This document shows positions 22,686 through 30,501 of a stretch of DNA of 64,000 bases, piece by piece; within the stretch, counting starts at the first letter, position 1, and each line of letters opens with the position of its first letter. The stretch lies in contig CAVUDW010000003.1 of assembly GCA_963740355.1 (NCBI GenBank), positions 2,112,001 through 2,176,000 on the forward strand, in the 5' to 3' direction. Origin of the DNA: an uncultured Gemmatimonadaceae bacterium. Lineage in GTDB: Bacteria > Gemmatimonadota > Gemmatimonadetes > Gemmatimonadales > Gemmatimonadaceae. The notes under the pieces were generated by a model, which made no database searches, was not told the origin of the DNA, and saw nothing but the letters and a program-made list of their open reading frames with translations. The position numbers and the translations under genes are program-made.

Positions 22686-23608
22686 GGAGTCGCCGCTGCC
22701 GCCACCGGGAGCGTGACATCGCCCGGCATGCCCACTTTCAGCGCGCCATCCGGATTCGCGACGCGAATCTTGACTGCGTACACAAGGTCACCGCGATCCT
22801 CACGGGTTTGCACTGGCGTCGGCGTGAACTCGGCTTTCGACGAGACCCAGCTCACGATACCGGTGTAGGTGCGCAGGGAGTCACCGGCGGCATCGGCGCC
22901 GACCTGCACACGCGTCCCAAGCCGGAACGTGGAGAGTTGTGCGCCGGTGAGGTACGCGCGGAGGGTGAGCGTGTCGAGATTCGCGATACGGTAGAGCGGC
23001 TGTCCAACCGTGACCATCTCGCCGGCGCGCACGTACGTGGCGAGTACGGTGCCGGTCACTGGATTGTGCACCGTGGCACGACGGATACGATCCGTGGCGG
23101 CGGCAATTCGTGCGTCGAGTGCCGCGATGTCGGCGGCGGTTCGCGCCAGCCCGGTGCGCGCGCCGCTGATCTGCACACCAAGCACACGATCATCACGCTC
23201 CACCTGATCGCGTTGGGTCGCGGTGGCGGCCTGGTTCGCAAACAGTCGGTCGATCCGGGCTCGCGTGCGCTGTGCGATCTCTCGCTGCACCTGCAGCGAC
23301 GCCACCTGGTCGTTCACTTCGCCGCGGTGCGCAAACAGCGACGCACGCTGCGCGACCAGTTGATCACGCTCGAGCGCCAGTTGCACCGTGTCGATTCGGG
23401 CCACCAGCTCGCCACTCTTCACGCTGGTGCCCTCCGTGGGCACGAAGGTGCCCAGTTGACCGCCCGTTTCAGATGCGACCACCACCTCCTCGGCCTCGAA
23501 ATTTCCATAGGCGTCGGCCAGCGCCGGCTTCTTGCAGGCTGTCACGAGCGTGAGCAGCGCGGTGGCTGTGAGTCGCAGGAGGGCGTGGAGTGTCGTGGGG
23601 ATGCGCAT
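22682..23608 (-). CDS. HlyD-family periplasmic adaptor (YbhG-like)
   Basis: Lipobox VTAC; GNFEAEEV; AEFTPTPVQTREDR...LVYAVK; LKVGMP. Confidence 0.9.
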   Translation of the reverse strand: MRIPTTLHALLRLTATALLTLVTACKKPALADAYGNFEAEEVVVASETGGQLGTFVPTEGTSVKSGELVARIDTVQLALERDQLVAQRASLFAHRGEVNDQVASLQVQREIAQRTRARIDRLFANQAATATQRDQVERDDRVLGVQISGARTGLARTAADIAALDARIAAATDRIRRATVHNPVTGTVLATYVRAGEMVTVGQPLYRIANLDTLTLRAYLTGAQLSTFRLGTRVQVGADAAGDSLRTYTGIVSWVSSKAEFTPTPVQTREDRGDLVYAVKIRVANPDGALKVGMPGDVTLPVAAAATP

Positions 23609-25053
23609 CAGCGGACCTCGAGTCCGAGAGTATTCAGGTAGCGGGCGCGCGATTCGAGCAGGCGCACGCGGCGTGTTTCGCGATCGAGCTGCGACGAGAG
23701 ATGCTCGGAGAGGCGTGCGACGTAGTCGGCGGTGTTCACTTCACCTTCGTCGTAGCGCAGTCGCGTTTCGCGCAGGATCCGTTCGCGGGTCGCGACGATC
23801 GAGTCGTCGAGCACCAGCGAACGCTCGAGTGATGTGATCCGGGCGCGTTCCGCGATCGTCGCGCGTCGGATACCTTCGCGAAAATTGGCCTCGTCGCTCG
23901 ACAGCAGATCGCGCTGAAGTTGTTGCGCTTCTGCGTCGCGGCGCGTGCGGCCCCAATTCCATGCAGTCCATTCCACCTGCAGGCCGGCGCTCCAGTAGGT
24001 GTCGAAGCTGCGCCCCAGTGGGTTGAGCCCTGGACGGCCGTAGCCTGTGCGGCCGAAGGCGGACAGTCGCGGCAGGTCTTGCGCGAGGGTGGCCTGTCGT
24101 CGAGCGTCGACGACAGCACGTGCGCGGTCGAACTGTTGGTACTCTGGCCGCAGGCGCAGGCTGTCGACGGCATCGACACGGAACGCGGCATCGGGCGTGG
24201 ATTGGCGTGTCGCGAGGATCGCGGTCGTCGGGATGCTGCGGCCCGTCAACGCGGTCAACATTTCGCGCGCCGCGTCCCGATCGGAGGCGAGTTCTTCGCG
24301 CGACTGACGTCGACGCTCGATTTCCGCGGTCAGCAGCAGCAATTCGCTCGGGAGTGCCGAGCCAGAGCTGACGCGCATCGCTGCCACCTTGCTGCGCGCC
24401 TCCAGATCACCGATCGCCACGTCGAGCGATTGGAGCTGCGCGTCTCGCAGCAGCACGCCGAAGAAGAGGTCCGAGACGGCTGCACGTTGCTGCCAGATGG
24501 ACGACTGGACGCGCGACGCCGATTCCAGTTGCTGTGCCGATTCGACGGCGGCACGCGACTTTCGGGTTGGATCGAGCAGCGGCTGCCGGACGGTGAGGTA
24601 CGTATCGTATTGATCGTTGTAGGCGCTGGGGATGCTGACCCCGGGCAGCACCACGCCGATCCTCGCCACATCGGAGAGGTATTGCGCCGTACCGATGGCG
24701 GTGACGCTGGGCAGGCGCTCGCTGCGAATGTTCTGCAGACGCAGGGCTGATTGCGCCTTCGTGATGTCCAACTGCGCCGCACGTCGGTCGGTGCGCTCGG
24801 CGGCCCGTTGCAGGTCATCCAGCCAGAGCGTGTCGCGGGTCGACTGTGCTGTGGCGATCGACGTCGTCGCGACGGTCATCAGTGCCACGAGCTGCACGAA
24901 GGCGAGGCCGCGGCGTGGCGTATGTCGCGCCTGCCGGAGTGGTGCCTGCCGGAGTGGTGACTGCCGGAGTGGTGATTGCCGAAGTGGTGATTGCCGGACT
25001 GGTGGCTGCGCGCGGCGAGGGTTCGTGCCGCGACTGTCGTCGGGGTGTGTCAT
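23608..25053 (-). CDS. TolC-family outer membrane protein
   Basis: OEP-like helices, GYGRPGLN, WTAWNWG; operon context; N-terminal repeat extension. Confidence 0.85.
   Translation of the reverse strand: MTHPDDSRGTNPRRAQPPVRQSPLRQSPLRQSPLRQAPLRQARHTPRRGLAFVQLVALMTVATTSIATAQSTRDTLWLDDLQRAAERTDRRAAQLDITKAQSALRLQNIRSERLPSVTAIGTAQYLSDVARIGVVLPGVSIPSAYNDQYDTYLTVRQPLLDPTRKSRAAVESAQQLESASRVQSSIWQQRAAVSDLFFGVLLRDAQLQSLDVAIGDLEARSKVAAMRVSSGSALPSELLLLTAEIERRRQSREELASDRDAAREMLTALTGRSIPTTAILATRQSTPDAAFRVDAVDSLRLRPEYQQFDRARAVVDARRQATLAQDLPRLSAFGRTGYGRPGLNPLGRSFDTYWSAGLQVEWTAWNWGRTRRDAEAQQLQRDLLSSDEANFREGIRRATIAERARITSLERSLVLDDSIVATRERILRETRLRYDEGEVNTADYVARLSEHLSSQLDRETRRVRLLESRARYLNTLGLEVR
24931..25005. 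repeat. 15-bp in-frame tandem repeat x5 (consensus YTGCCGGAGTGGTGA)
   Basis: Units start at 24931, 24946, 24961, 24976 and 24991; encode PPVRQ-SPLRQ-SPLRQ-SPLRQ-APLRQ in TolC. Confidence 0.9.
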
Positions 25054-25730
25054 GGCCGCAGTGCGCTCATGATGAAGGCGGGCAGGTCGCGCTTCCGCTC
25101 ATCGAGAAAGACCTCGAAGCCAGCGTCGTCGAGCGCGAGTGCGTGTTCGATGACCGGTCGGGCAGCGAACGGAAAGACGACCAGCGAGAGCACGTTCACC
25201 AGCACCTGGCGCGGCGACATCGGGCGCATCGTGCCTGCGGCCACGCGCTCGTCGATCAGGTGCCGGAGTCGCGCCAACACCGGCCCCGCGATCGCGGCGG
25301 GTACGGTTCCGATTGCCTTTTGCATCAGCGTCTCGAGCCGCCCCGGGTACTGGTGCGCCTCGGCCAGCAGATAGGCGGGCACGAAGGGCGTGTGCCGCAC
25401 CGTGTCGATGTAGGCGTGGACGAAGCGCTCGATGGTCTGTTCGAGCGTGGCAGCCGGGTCGGCGACGGCGGCCAGCGCCGGCATCAGGCGCCCAGCAGCC
25501 TCGAGAAAGACCCGCTCGGCGAGGTGCGCCTTGTTGCCGAAGTAGTAGTGGACGAGGGCCTGGTTGACGCCGGCTTCGGCGGCGATGTCCTGAACCCGGG
25601 CGCCGGCTGTCCCGCGGCGGACGAAGACGCGACGCGCGGCCTCAAGGATCTTCGATTCCGTATCGAGATCGCGGTCGATGGGTTTCGGCGTCGGTCGGCG
25701 CCGTGGGGCGTGGGGCCTAGGATCTGTCAT
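25050..25730 (-). CDS. TetR/AcrR family transcriptional regulator
   Basis: ILEAARRVFVRRG...VQDIAAEAGVNQALVHYYFGNK helix-turn-helix. Confidence 0.93.
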   Translation of the reverse strand: MTDPRPHAPRRRPTPKPIDRDLDTESKILEAARRVFVRRGTAGARVQDIAAEAGVNQALVHYYFGNKAHLAERVFLEAAGRLMPALAAVADPAATLEQTIERFVHAYIDTVRHTPFVPAYLLAEAHQYPGRLETLMQKAIGTVPAAIAGPVLARLRHLIDERVAAGTMRPMSPRQVLVNVLSLVVFPFAARPVIEHALALDDAGFEVFLDERKRDLPAFIMSALRP

Positions 25731-25767
25731 ATTGATTTGATTATTTAATCAATCAATTAATGTATTA
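25731..25767. promoter_or_regulatory. AT-rich imperfect palindrome, probable TetR operator/promoter
   Basis: ATTGATTTGATTA-TT-TAATCAATCAAT overlapping TTAATCAATCAATTAA, directly upstream of the tetR ATG. Confidence 0.6.
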
Positions 25768-25869
25768 CCGCGTGAGATTCGGCAAGGGTACCGCAAAGGA
25801 CGCCTATCTCAGCTGCGGCTTTGGCGATGACACTAACGTCAGCGAAGCGCCTGGCGGCCGAAGCCGTCT

Positions 25870-26274
25870 GTACAACAAAATCGCGGCGTAAGCGCTTGCG
25901 GCACCAAGGCTTAGCCTCCGATCAAGGGGTCGGAGATCTTGGTCGTACAACAAAATCACGGCGTAAGCGCTTGCGGCACCAAGACTTAGCCTCCGATCAA
26001 GGGGTCGGAGATCTTGGTCGATCAAGGGGTCAGAGATCTTGATCGTACAACAAAAATCACGGCCTAAGCGCTTGCAGCACGGCGGCTTAGCCTCCGATCA
26101 AGGGGTCGGAGATCTTGATCGCACAGCAAAATCTCGGCGTAAGCGCTTGCAGCACCAAGGGTTAGCCTCCGATCAAGGGGTCAGAGATCTTGATCGTCGC
26201 GAAGCTGTTGCTGGGCAACGAGTTAGGCATCAGAACAGCCGATCAAGATCTCTGACCCCTTGATCGCCTTGATC
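25870..26274. repeat. Intergenic array of 75-bp units with a 25-bp palindromic core and a terminal inverted core (REP/REPIN/BIME-like)
   Basis: Units 25870-25944, 25945-26019, 26045-26120, 26121-26195; extra core 26020-26044; inverted core 26241-26265; core GATCAAGGGGTCRGAGATCTTGRTC. Confidence 0.92.
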
Positions 26275-26291
26275 GCGGGCCCCGCGCCCGA

Positions 26292-28508
26292 TCAGGGCAG
26301 CGCGAACGCCACGTACGAATCACCCGACGGCGATCCCAGCTTGCCGCCACCACAGGCGATCACCACATACTGCCGGCCGCCAACCCGATAGGTACTCGGC
26401 GTGGCGTAGCCGGCCGCGGGGAGCGACGCTTCCCACAACTGGGCGCCAGTCGACGAGTCAAAGGCGCGGATCATGTTGTCCTGCGTCGCCGCAATGAAGA
26501 CGATGCCACCGGCGGTCACGATCGGCCCGCCGTACTGCTCGGTGCCCGTCGGCTTGACGCCTTTCGCCGTCAATGCCGCAAACGCGCCAAGCGGGATGCG
26601 CCACTTGTACTCACCGGTGTTCATGTCGATGGCGCTCAGCGTGCCCCAAGGCGGCTTCACAGCGGGGAAGCCGTCCGGCGTCCGCCACCGCTCATAACCA
26701 ACGAATTCGTACGGAGAGCGAGCCGGCTTCAGTCGCGATGCCGCCAACTCGGCTGCGTGTGGCGATTCATCAGCGGCACCTGTGGTCGCTACCGGCGGCG
26801 CGGGTCGATTCATCAGGTACGCCACCAGTGCCTGCGTCTCCGGCTCCGTCAGGGCCGCGAACGACGGCATGAATCCCTTGCCTCGCTCGAGCACCTGTCG
26901 AATCTCCTCCGACGTGCGTCGCTTGCCGATATCCACCAGCGTCGGCACACGATCACCATCGCCTTTGCGATCGGCCTTGTGACAGCTGGCACATGCGGCA
27001 GCGAATACGACCGGCCCAGTGCGCGGCACGCCGCTCTGATCGCCAAGGCTGGCGGTATCGCGCATGGCCGCGATCCATGGCACATCACTGGCATTCACAT
27101 ACAACACACCGCTGGCACGATCGACCGCCGCTCCACCCCACTCACCACCACCATCGAAGCCAGGCAGCACGATGGTCCCCTCCCGGCTCGGCGGCGTGAA
27201 GAGTCCCCCGTTGCGCAGCATACGGAATCGCGCCAGCGCGGCTTTGTGCGACGCTGGAGAGAGCGTGGTGAGATCAGCCTCCGTGATCGTCTGTCGAGCG
27301 AACGGCGCCGGCTTCACGGGGAATGGCTGCGTCGGCCACGCGGCTTCACCCCGCAGATCCGACGCCGGCACTGCACGCTCCTCGACGGGGAACAGCGGCA
27401 CGCCAGTCTCGCGATTGAAGAGATAGACGAAACCCGTCTTCGTGATCTGGGCGACGGCGTCCACCGCCTTCCCATCGTGCGTCACCGTCAGCTGGTTTGG
27501 CGCCGCAGGCAGGTCGCGATCCCAGATGTCGTGATGCACGGTCTGGAAGTGCCACTTCCGTTTGCCGGTCGCTGCGTCGAGCGCGAGCAACGTATTGGCG
27601 TACAACGTCGCGCCGGCGCGATCACCACCATAGAAGTCTGGTGTTGCAGATCCTGTTGGCACATACACGATGCCTCGTGCGGTATCGACGCTCATCCCAG
27701 CCCACGAGTTCGCGCCACCAACGGTCTTCCACGCATCGGCTGGCCACGTGTCGTAGCCTTCTTCGCTCGGCTGAGGAATGGTGTGAAAGGTCCACTCGAT
27801 GCGACCGGTGCGCACGTCGAACGCACGCACATGCCCTGGCGCCGATCCTTCACCCTCACCCACCCGCGTGCCCTGAATCAGCAGATCGTGATAGATGACC
27901 CCAGGACTGGTGGCGAGGATGAACGCATTGCCGACATCGCGCCCCAGCCCGGCGCCGAGGTCTACCCAGCCGGAATCACCAAACGTCATGATCTGCTTGC
28001 CGCTCACCGCATCCAGCGCGTAGAGCCGGCGACCGGCGGTGAAGAGAATCCGTTGCTCACTGCCGGCACGCCAGAACACGACGCCGCGATTGGCATGCGG
28101 CTCGCGCGTGCGCCCGACAAAGGGATCGAACATCCACTTCACCGTCCCACTGTCCGCGCGCAACGCCACGACATTCAGCGCCGGCGTGGTGGTGTACATC
28201 GTACCGCCGACGATGATCGGCGTCGCCTGAATCTCCGAGCGAGCGGATGGCGCGTCACCGCTGTGATAGGTCCACGCCACCGTGAGCGTCTTCACATTCT
28301 CGCGTGTGATCTGGTTCAGCGTCGAGTAGTGACTGTTGCCTGGCTCACCGCCGGTGACCGCCCAATCGTCCGGCGACGCCGGCACCACAGCCGCTGACTT
28401 CACGACAGGCACCGACGTCTCCTTGCCACACGCCGTCAGCAACACCGCTGGCGTCGCGACAAGTATCGCACGGGAGCAGATCCGAAGGTACAAGGCACCG
28501 AGGTGCAT
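26292..28508 (-). CDS. PQQ-dependent (glucose/quinate-type) dehydrogenase with internal cytochrome c domain, lipoprotein
   Basis: HYSTLNQITRENV, WHFQTVHHDIWDRD, GGGEWGG, PPWGTLSAID, GGPIVTAGG; heme motif CASCH; lipobox LLTAC after ATG 28508. Confidence 0.9.
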   Translation of the reverse strand: MHLGALYLRICSRAILVATPAVLLTACGKETSVPVVKSAAVVPASPDDWAVTGGEPGNSHYSTLNQITRENVKTLTVAWTYHSGDAPSARSEIQATPIIVGGTMYTTTPALNVVALRADSGTVKWMFDPFVGRTREPHANRGVVFWRAGSEQRILFTAGRRLYALDAVSGKQIMTFGDSGWVDLGAGLGRDVGNAFILATSPGVIYHDLLIQGTRVGEGEGSAPGHVRAFDVRTGRIEWTFHTIPQPSEEGYDTWPADAWKTVGGANSWAGMSVDTARGIVYVPTGSATPDFYGGDRAGATLYANTLLALDAATGKRKWHFQTVHHDIWDRDLPAAPNQLTVTHDGKAVDAVAQITKTGFVYLFNRETGVPLFPVEERAVPASDLRGEAAWPTQPFPVKPAPFARQTITEADLTTLSPASHKAALARFRMLRNGGLFTPPSREGTIVLPGFDGGGEWGGAAVDRASGVLYVNASDVPWIAAMRDTASLGDQSGVPRTGPVVFAAACASCHKADRKGDGDRVPTLVDIGKRRTSEEIRQVLERGKGFMPSFAALTEPETQALVAYLMNRPAPPVATTGAADESPHAAELAASRLKPARSPYEFVGYERWRTPDGFPAVKPPWGTLSAIDMNTGEYKWRIPLGAFAALTAKGVKPTGTEQYGGPIVTAGGIVFIAATQDNMIRAFDSSTGAQLWEASLPAAGYATPSTYRVGGRQYVVIACGGGKLGSPSGDSYVAFALP

Positions 28509-28616
28509 ATATCGATTCCAGAATGCTGAAGGAAGATCGTGACTGCTGCAGAAGCCTACCACGCGTGCGGACGTCCCGAACAATTGGAGCGGTGTTGCCG
28601 CGGTGCACTCGCTGTT

Positions 28617-28729
28617 CCCCGCGGCTCCGCGTGATTCGTGTACAGTCTGTCGCACTGTCGCGCGCCGTACGGAATCCGTGGCAACGGACGAACAGCGGCG
28701 TCCACACTTCCTCACGCGGAGCCGCGGGG
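28617..28729. repeat. 18-bp perfect inverted repeat with a 77-bp interior
   Basis: CCCCGCGGCTCCGCGTGA (28617-28634) and TCACGCGGAGCCGCGGGG (28712-28729); a further ACGCGGAGCCGCGG copy follows. Confidence 0.85.
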
Positions 28730-28748
28730 GACGCGGAGCCGCGGAGGA

Positions 28749-28863
28749 CTGCAGGGGAACTGCAGGGGAACTGCAGGGGAACTGCACGGGAACCGCAGGG
28801 GAACTGCACGAGGAACGCCGGAGAACAACAGTGGAACTGCACGGGAACCGCACGGGGACTGCA
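28749..28863. repeat. 11-bp tandem repeat, ~10 copies (CTGCASGGGAA)
   Basis: ctgcaggggaa x3, ctgcacgggaa, ccgcaggggaa, degenerate copies, ctgcacgggaa, ccgcacgggga. Confidence 0.88.
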
Positions 28864-28941
28864 TGAGCGATGTCTCGAAGACCGGCTCGGCAACGGGCAC
28901 AGAAATCCGTTCACGCGCTGAGCCAGGATCGGTATGGCCGA

Positions 28942-30381
28942 TCACGCCTCGACCGGGCCACTGACCGCGGCACCGTCACCTTGCTTCAGGCGCAGGAAGA
29001 CGGTGGCGGAGAGCATGGTGAGGGCGCCGAGGACGAGGAATCCCTGATGAATCCCATGAATCATCTGCGTCGAATCGGAGTGGAAACGATCGGGGATGAA
29101 GATCGCGGTGACCAGCGACGCGGCGGCGACACCGAAGCTGATCGACATCTGCTGGCCCGTGCTCGAGATCGTGCTGGCGCTGCTCGTCTCCTCCTGACTC
29201 AGGTCGGCGTAGACGAGTGTGTTCATGCTCGTGTACTGCAGCGAGGTGAAGAAGCCATAGATGAACACCATCGGCACGATCTGCCAGACGGAGGTGGTGG
29301 CGCCGATGGTGGTGAAGAGCATGATCAGCGCGCCAAGCGTGATCGTGTTCGAGAGCAGCACCTTGCGGTAGCCGAATCGATTGAGGATCTGCGGCATGAC
29401 CATCTTCAGGGTCATCGCCGCGACGGCCTGCGGCATCAAGAGCAGCCCCGACTTGATCGGCGAGAAGCCAAGCCCCACCTGATAGAGCAACGGGAAGAGG
29501 AACGGCAGGCCGCCGATACCGATGCGGGTGAAAAATCCACCGCTGATGGCCGCGCGAAACGTGCGCACCTTGAACAGCGTCAGCCGCAGCAGTGGGAAGG
29601 GTGTGCGAACCGCCTTCACGCCGTACGCCGTGAGTAGCGCTGCCGCGAGCAACAGCAATCCCGCGATGCGTGCACCGCTCAGCGTGTGTTCACCAAAGAC
29701 CTCCAGCACCCACGACAGCAGCGCGATGCCGCTGCCAAACAGCAGGAACCCGATGACGTCGAGCGGCCGATGCTCCTCGCTCCGGTAATCAGGCAGGTGC
29801 CTGAACACGAAGTAGAGGCCTGCCATGCCGATTGGAATGTTGACGAAGAACAGCACGCTCCAGTGGAGATACTTCACGATCACGCCGCCGATCACCGGCC
29901 CGAGCATCGGACCGATCAGCCCCGGAATCGCCACGAAGGTCATCGCCTTGATGAGCTCTGACTTGGCGAAGGTGCGCACCATGGTAAGTCGCCCCACCGG
30001 CATCATCATCGCTCCGCCACAGCCCTGCAGCAGCCGACAAGCGACCAGCACATGGATGTTGCTCGAGATCCCGCAGAGGAACGAGCCCAGCGTGAACAGC
30101 GCGATTGCGGACGCAAACACGCGGCGCGTGCCGAACCGGTCGGCCATCCATCCACTGATCGGGATGAAGACGGCCAGGCTCAGCGTGTAGCTCGAAAGCA
30201 CCGACTTCATGCTCAACGGCACCACACCGAGCGCAGCCGCAATCGTCGGCACTGCGGTGTTGAGGATGGTGGTGTCGAGCGATTCCATGAAGAACGCGAC
30301 GGCCACAAGCCACGGGACCAGCCGCTTTCCCGCTCCCTCCTTCGTCAGCGCTGCTTGCGCGTCGCTCAGCATTGTCGTCAC
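28942..30381 (-). CDS. DHA2-family MFS efflux transporter (MdtD/HsrA-like)
   Basis: FFMESLDTTILNTA, SGWMADRFGTRRVF, RLLQGCGGAMMMPVGR, GPMLGP; about 14 TM. Confidence 0.92.
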   Translation of the reverse strand: MTTMLSDAQAALTKEGAGKRLVPWLVAVAFFMESLDTTILNTAVPTIAAALGVVPLSMKSVLSSYTLSLAVFIPISGWMADRFGTRRVFASAIALFTLGSFLCGISSNIHVLVACRLLQGCGGAMMMPVGRLTMVRTFAKSELIKAMTFVAIPGLIGPMLGPVIGGVIVKYLHWSVLFFVNIPIGMAGLYFVFRHLPDYRSEEHRPLDVIGFLLFGSGIALLSWVLEVFGEHTLSGARIAGLLLLAAALLTAYGVKAVRTPFPLLRLTLFKVRTFRAAISGGFFTRIGIGGLPFLFPLLYQVGLGFSPIKSGLLLMPQAVAAMTLKMVMPQILNRFGYRKVLLSNTITLGALIMLFTTIGATTSVWQIVPMVFIYGFFTSLQYTSMNTLVYADLSQEETSSASTISSTGQQMSISFGVAAASLVTAIFIPDRFHSDSTQMIHGIHQGFLVLGALTMLSATVFLRLKQGDGAAVSGPVEA

Positions 30382-30399
30382 CCGAGCAACCTACAGACA

Positions 30400-30438
30400 T
30401 TTCACGGCAGTGCCGCAACACGCGACCCTGCCGTGAAA
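30400..30438. terminator. Hairpin between the acetamidase stop and the MFS start (terminator, attenuator or operator)
   Basis: TTTCACGGCAG-17 nt-CTGCCGTGAAA. Confidence 0.45.
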
Positions 30439-30501
30439 GAACGCCTGACCCTAGACCACGCGTTGCCCCATCAGGGTCTCGCCAGGGAAGATCGCGTGCC
30501 G

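Noticed and set aside
25804..26263. Short repeat-encoded ORFs (25821..26042, 26039..26263, 25804..26025)
   Set aside because: By-products of the 75-bp period; the 25-bp extra core and the 76-bp unit break the frame.
25870..26266. CRISPR array
   Set aside because: The would-be spacers are near-identical to each other, one repeat is inverted, and no cas genes are in the window.
25731..26293. Replication origin (AT-rich patch plus GATC cluster or iterons)
   Set aside because: No DnaA boxes seen and no dnaA, rep or par genes nearby; the AT patch is better explained as the TetR operator.
28345..28964. ORFs over the 11-bp repeat and the long N-terminal extension of the PQQ ORF to 28853
   Set aside because: Low-complexity translations of non-coding repeats; the lipoprotein signal follows ATG 28508.
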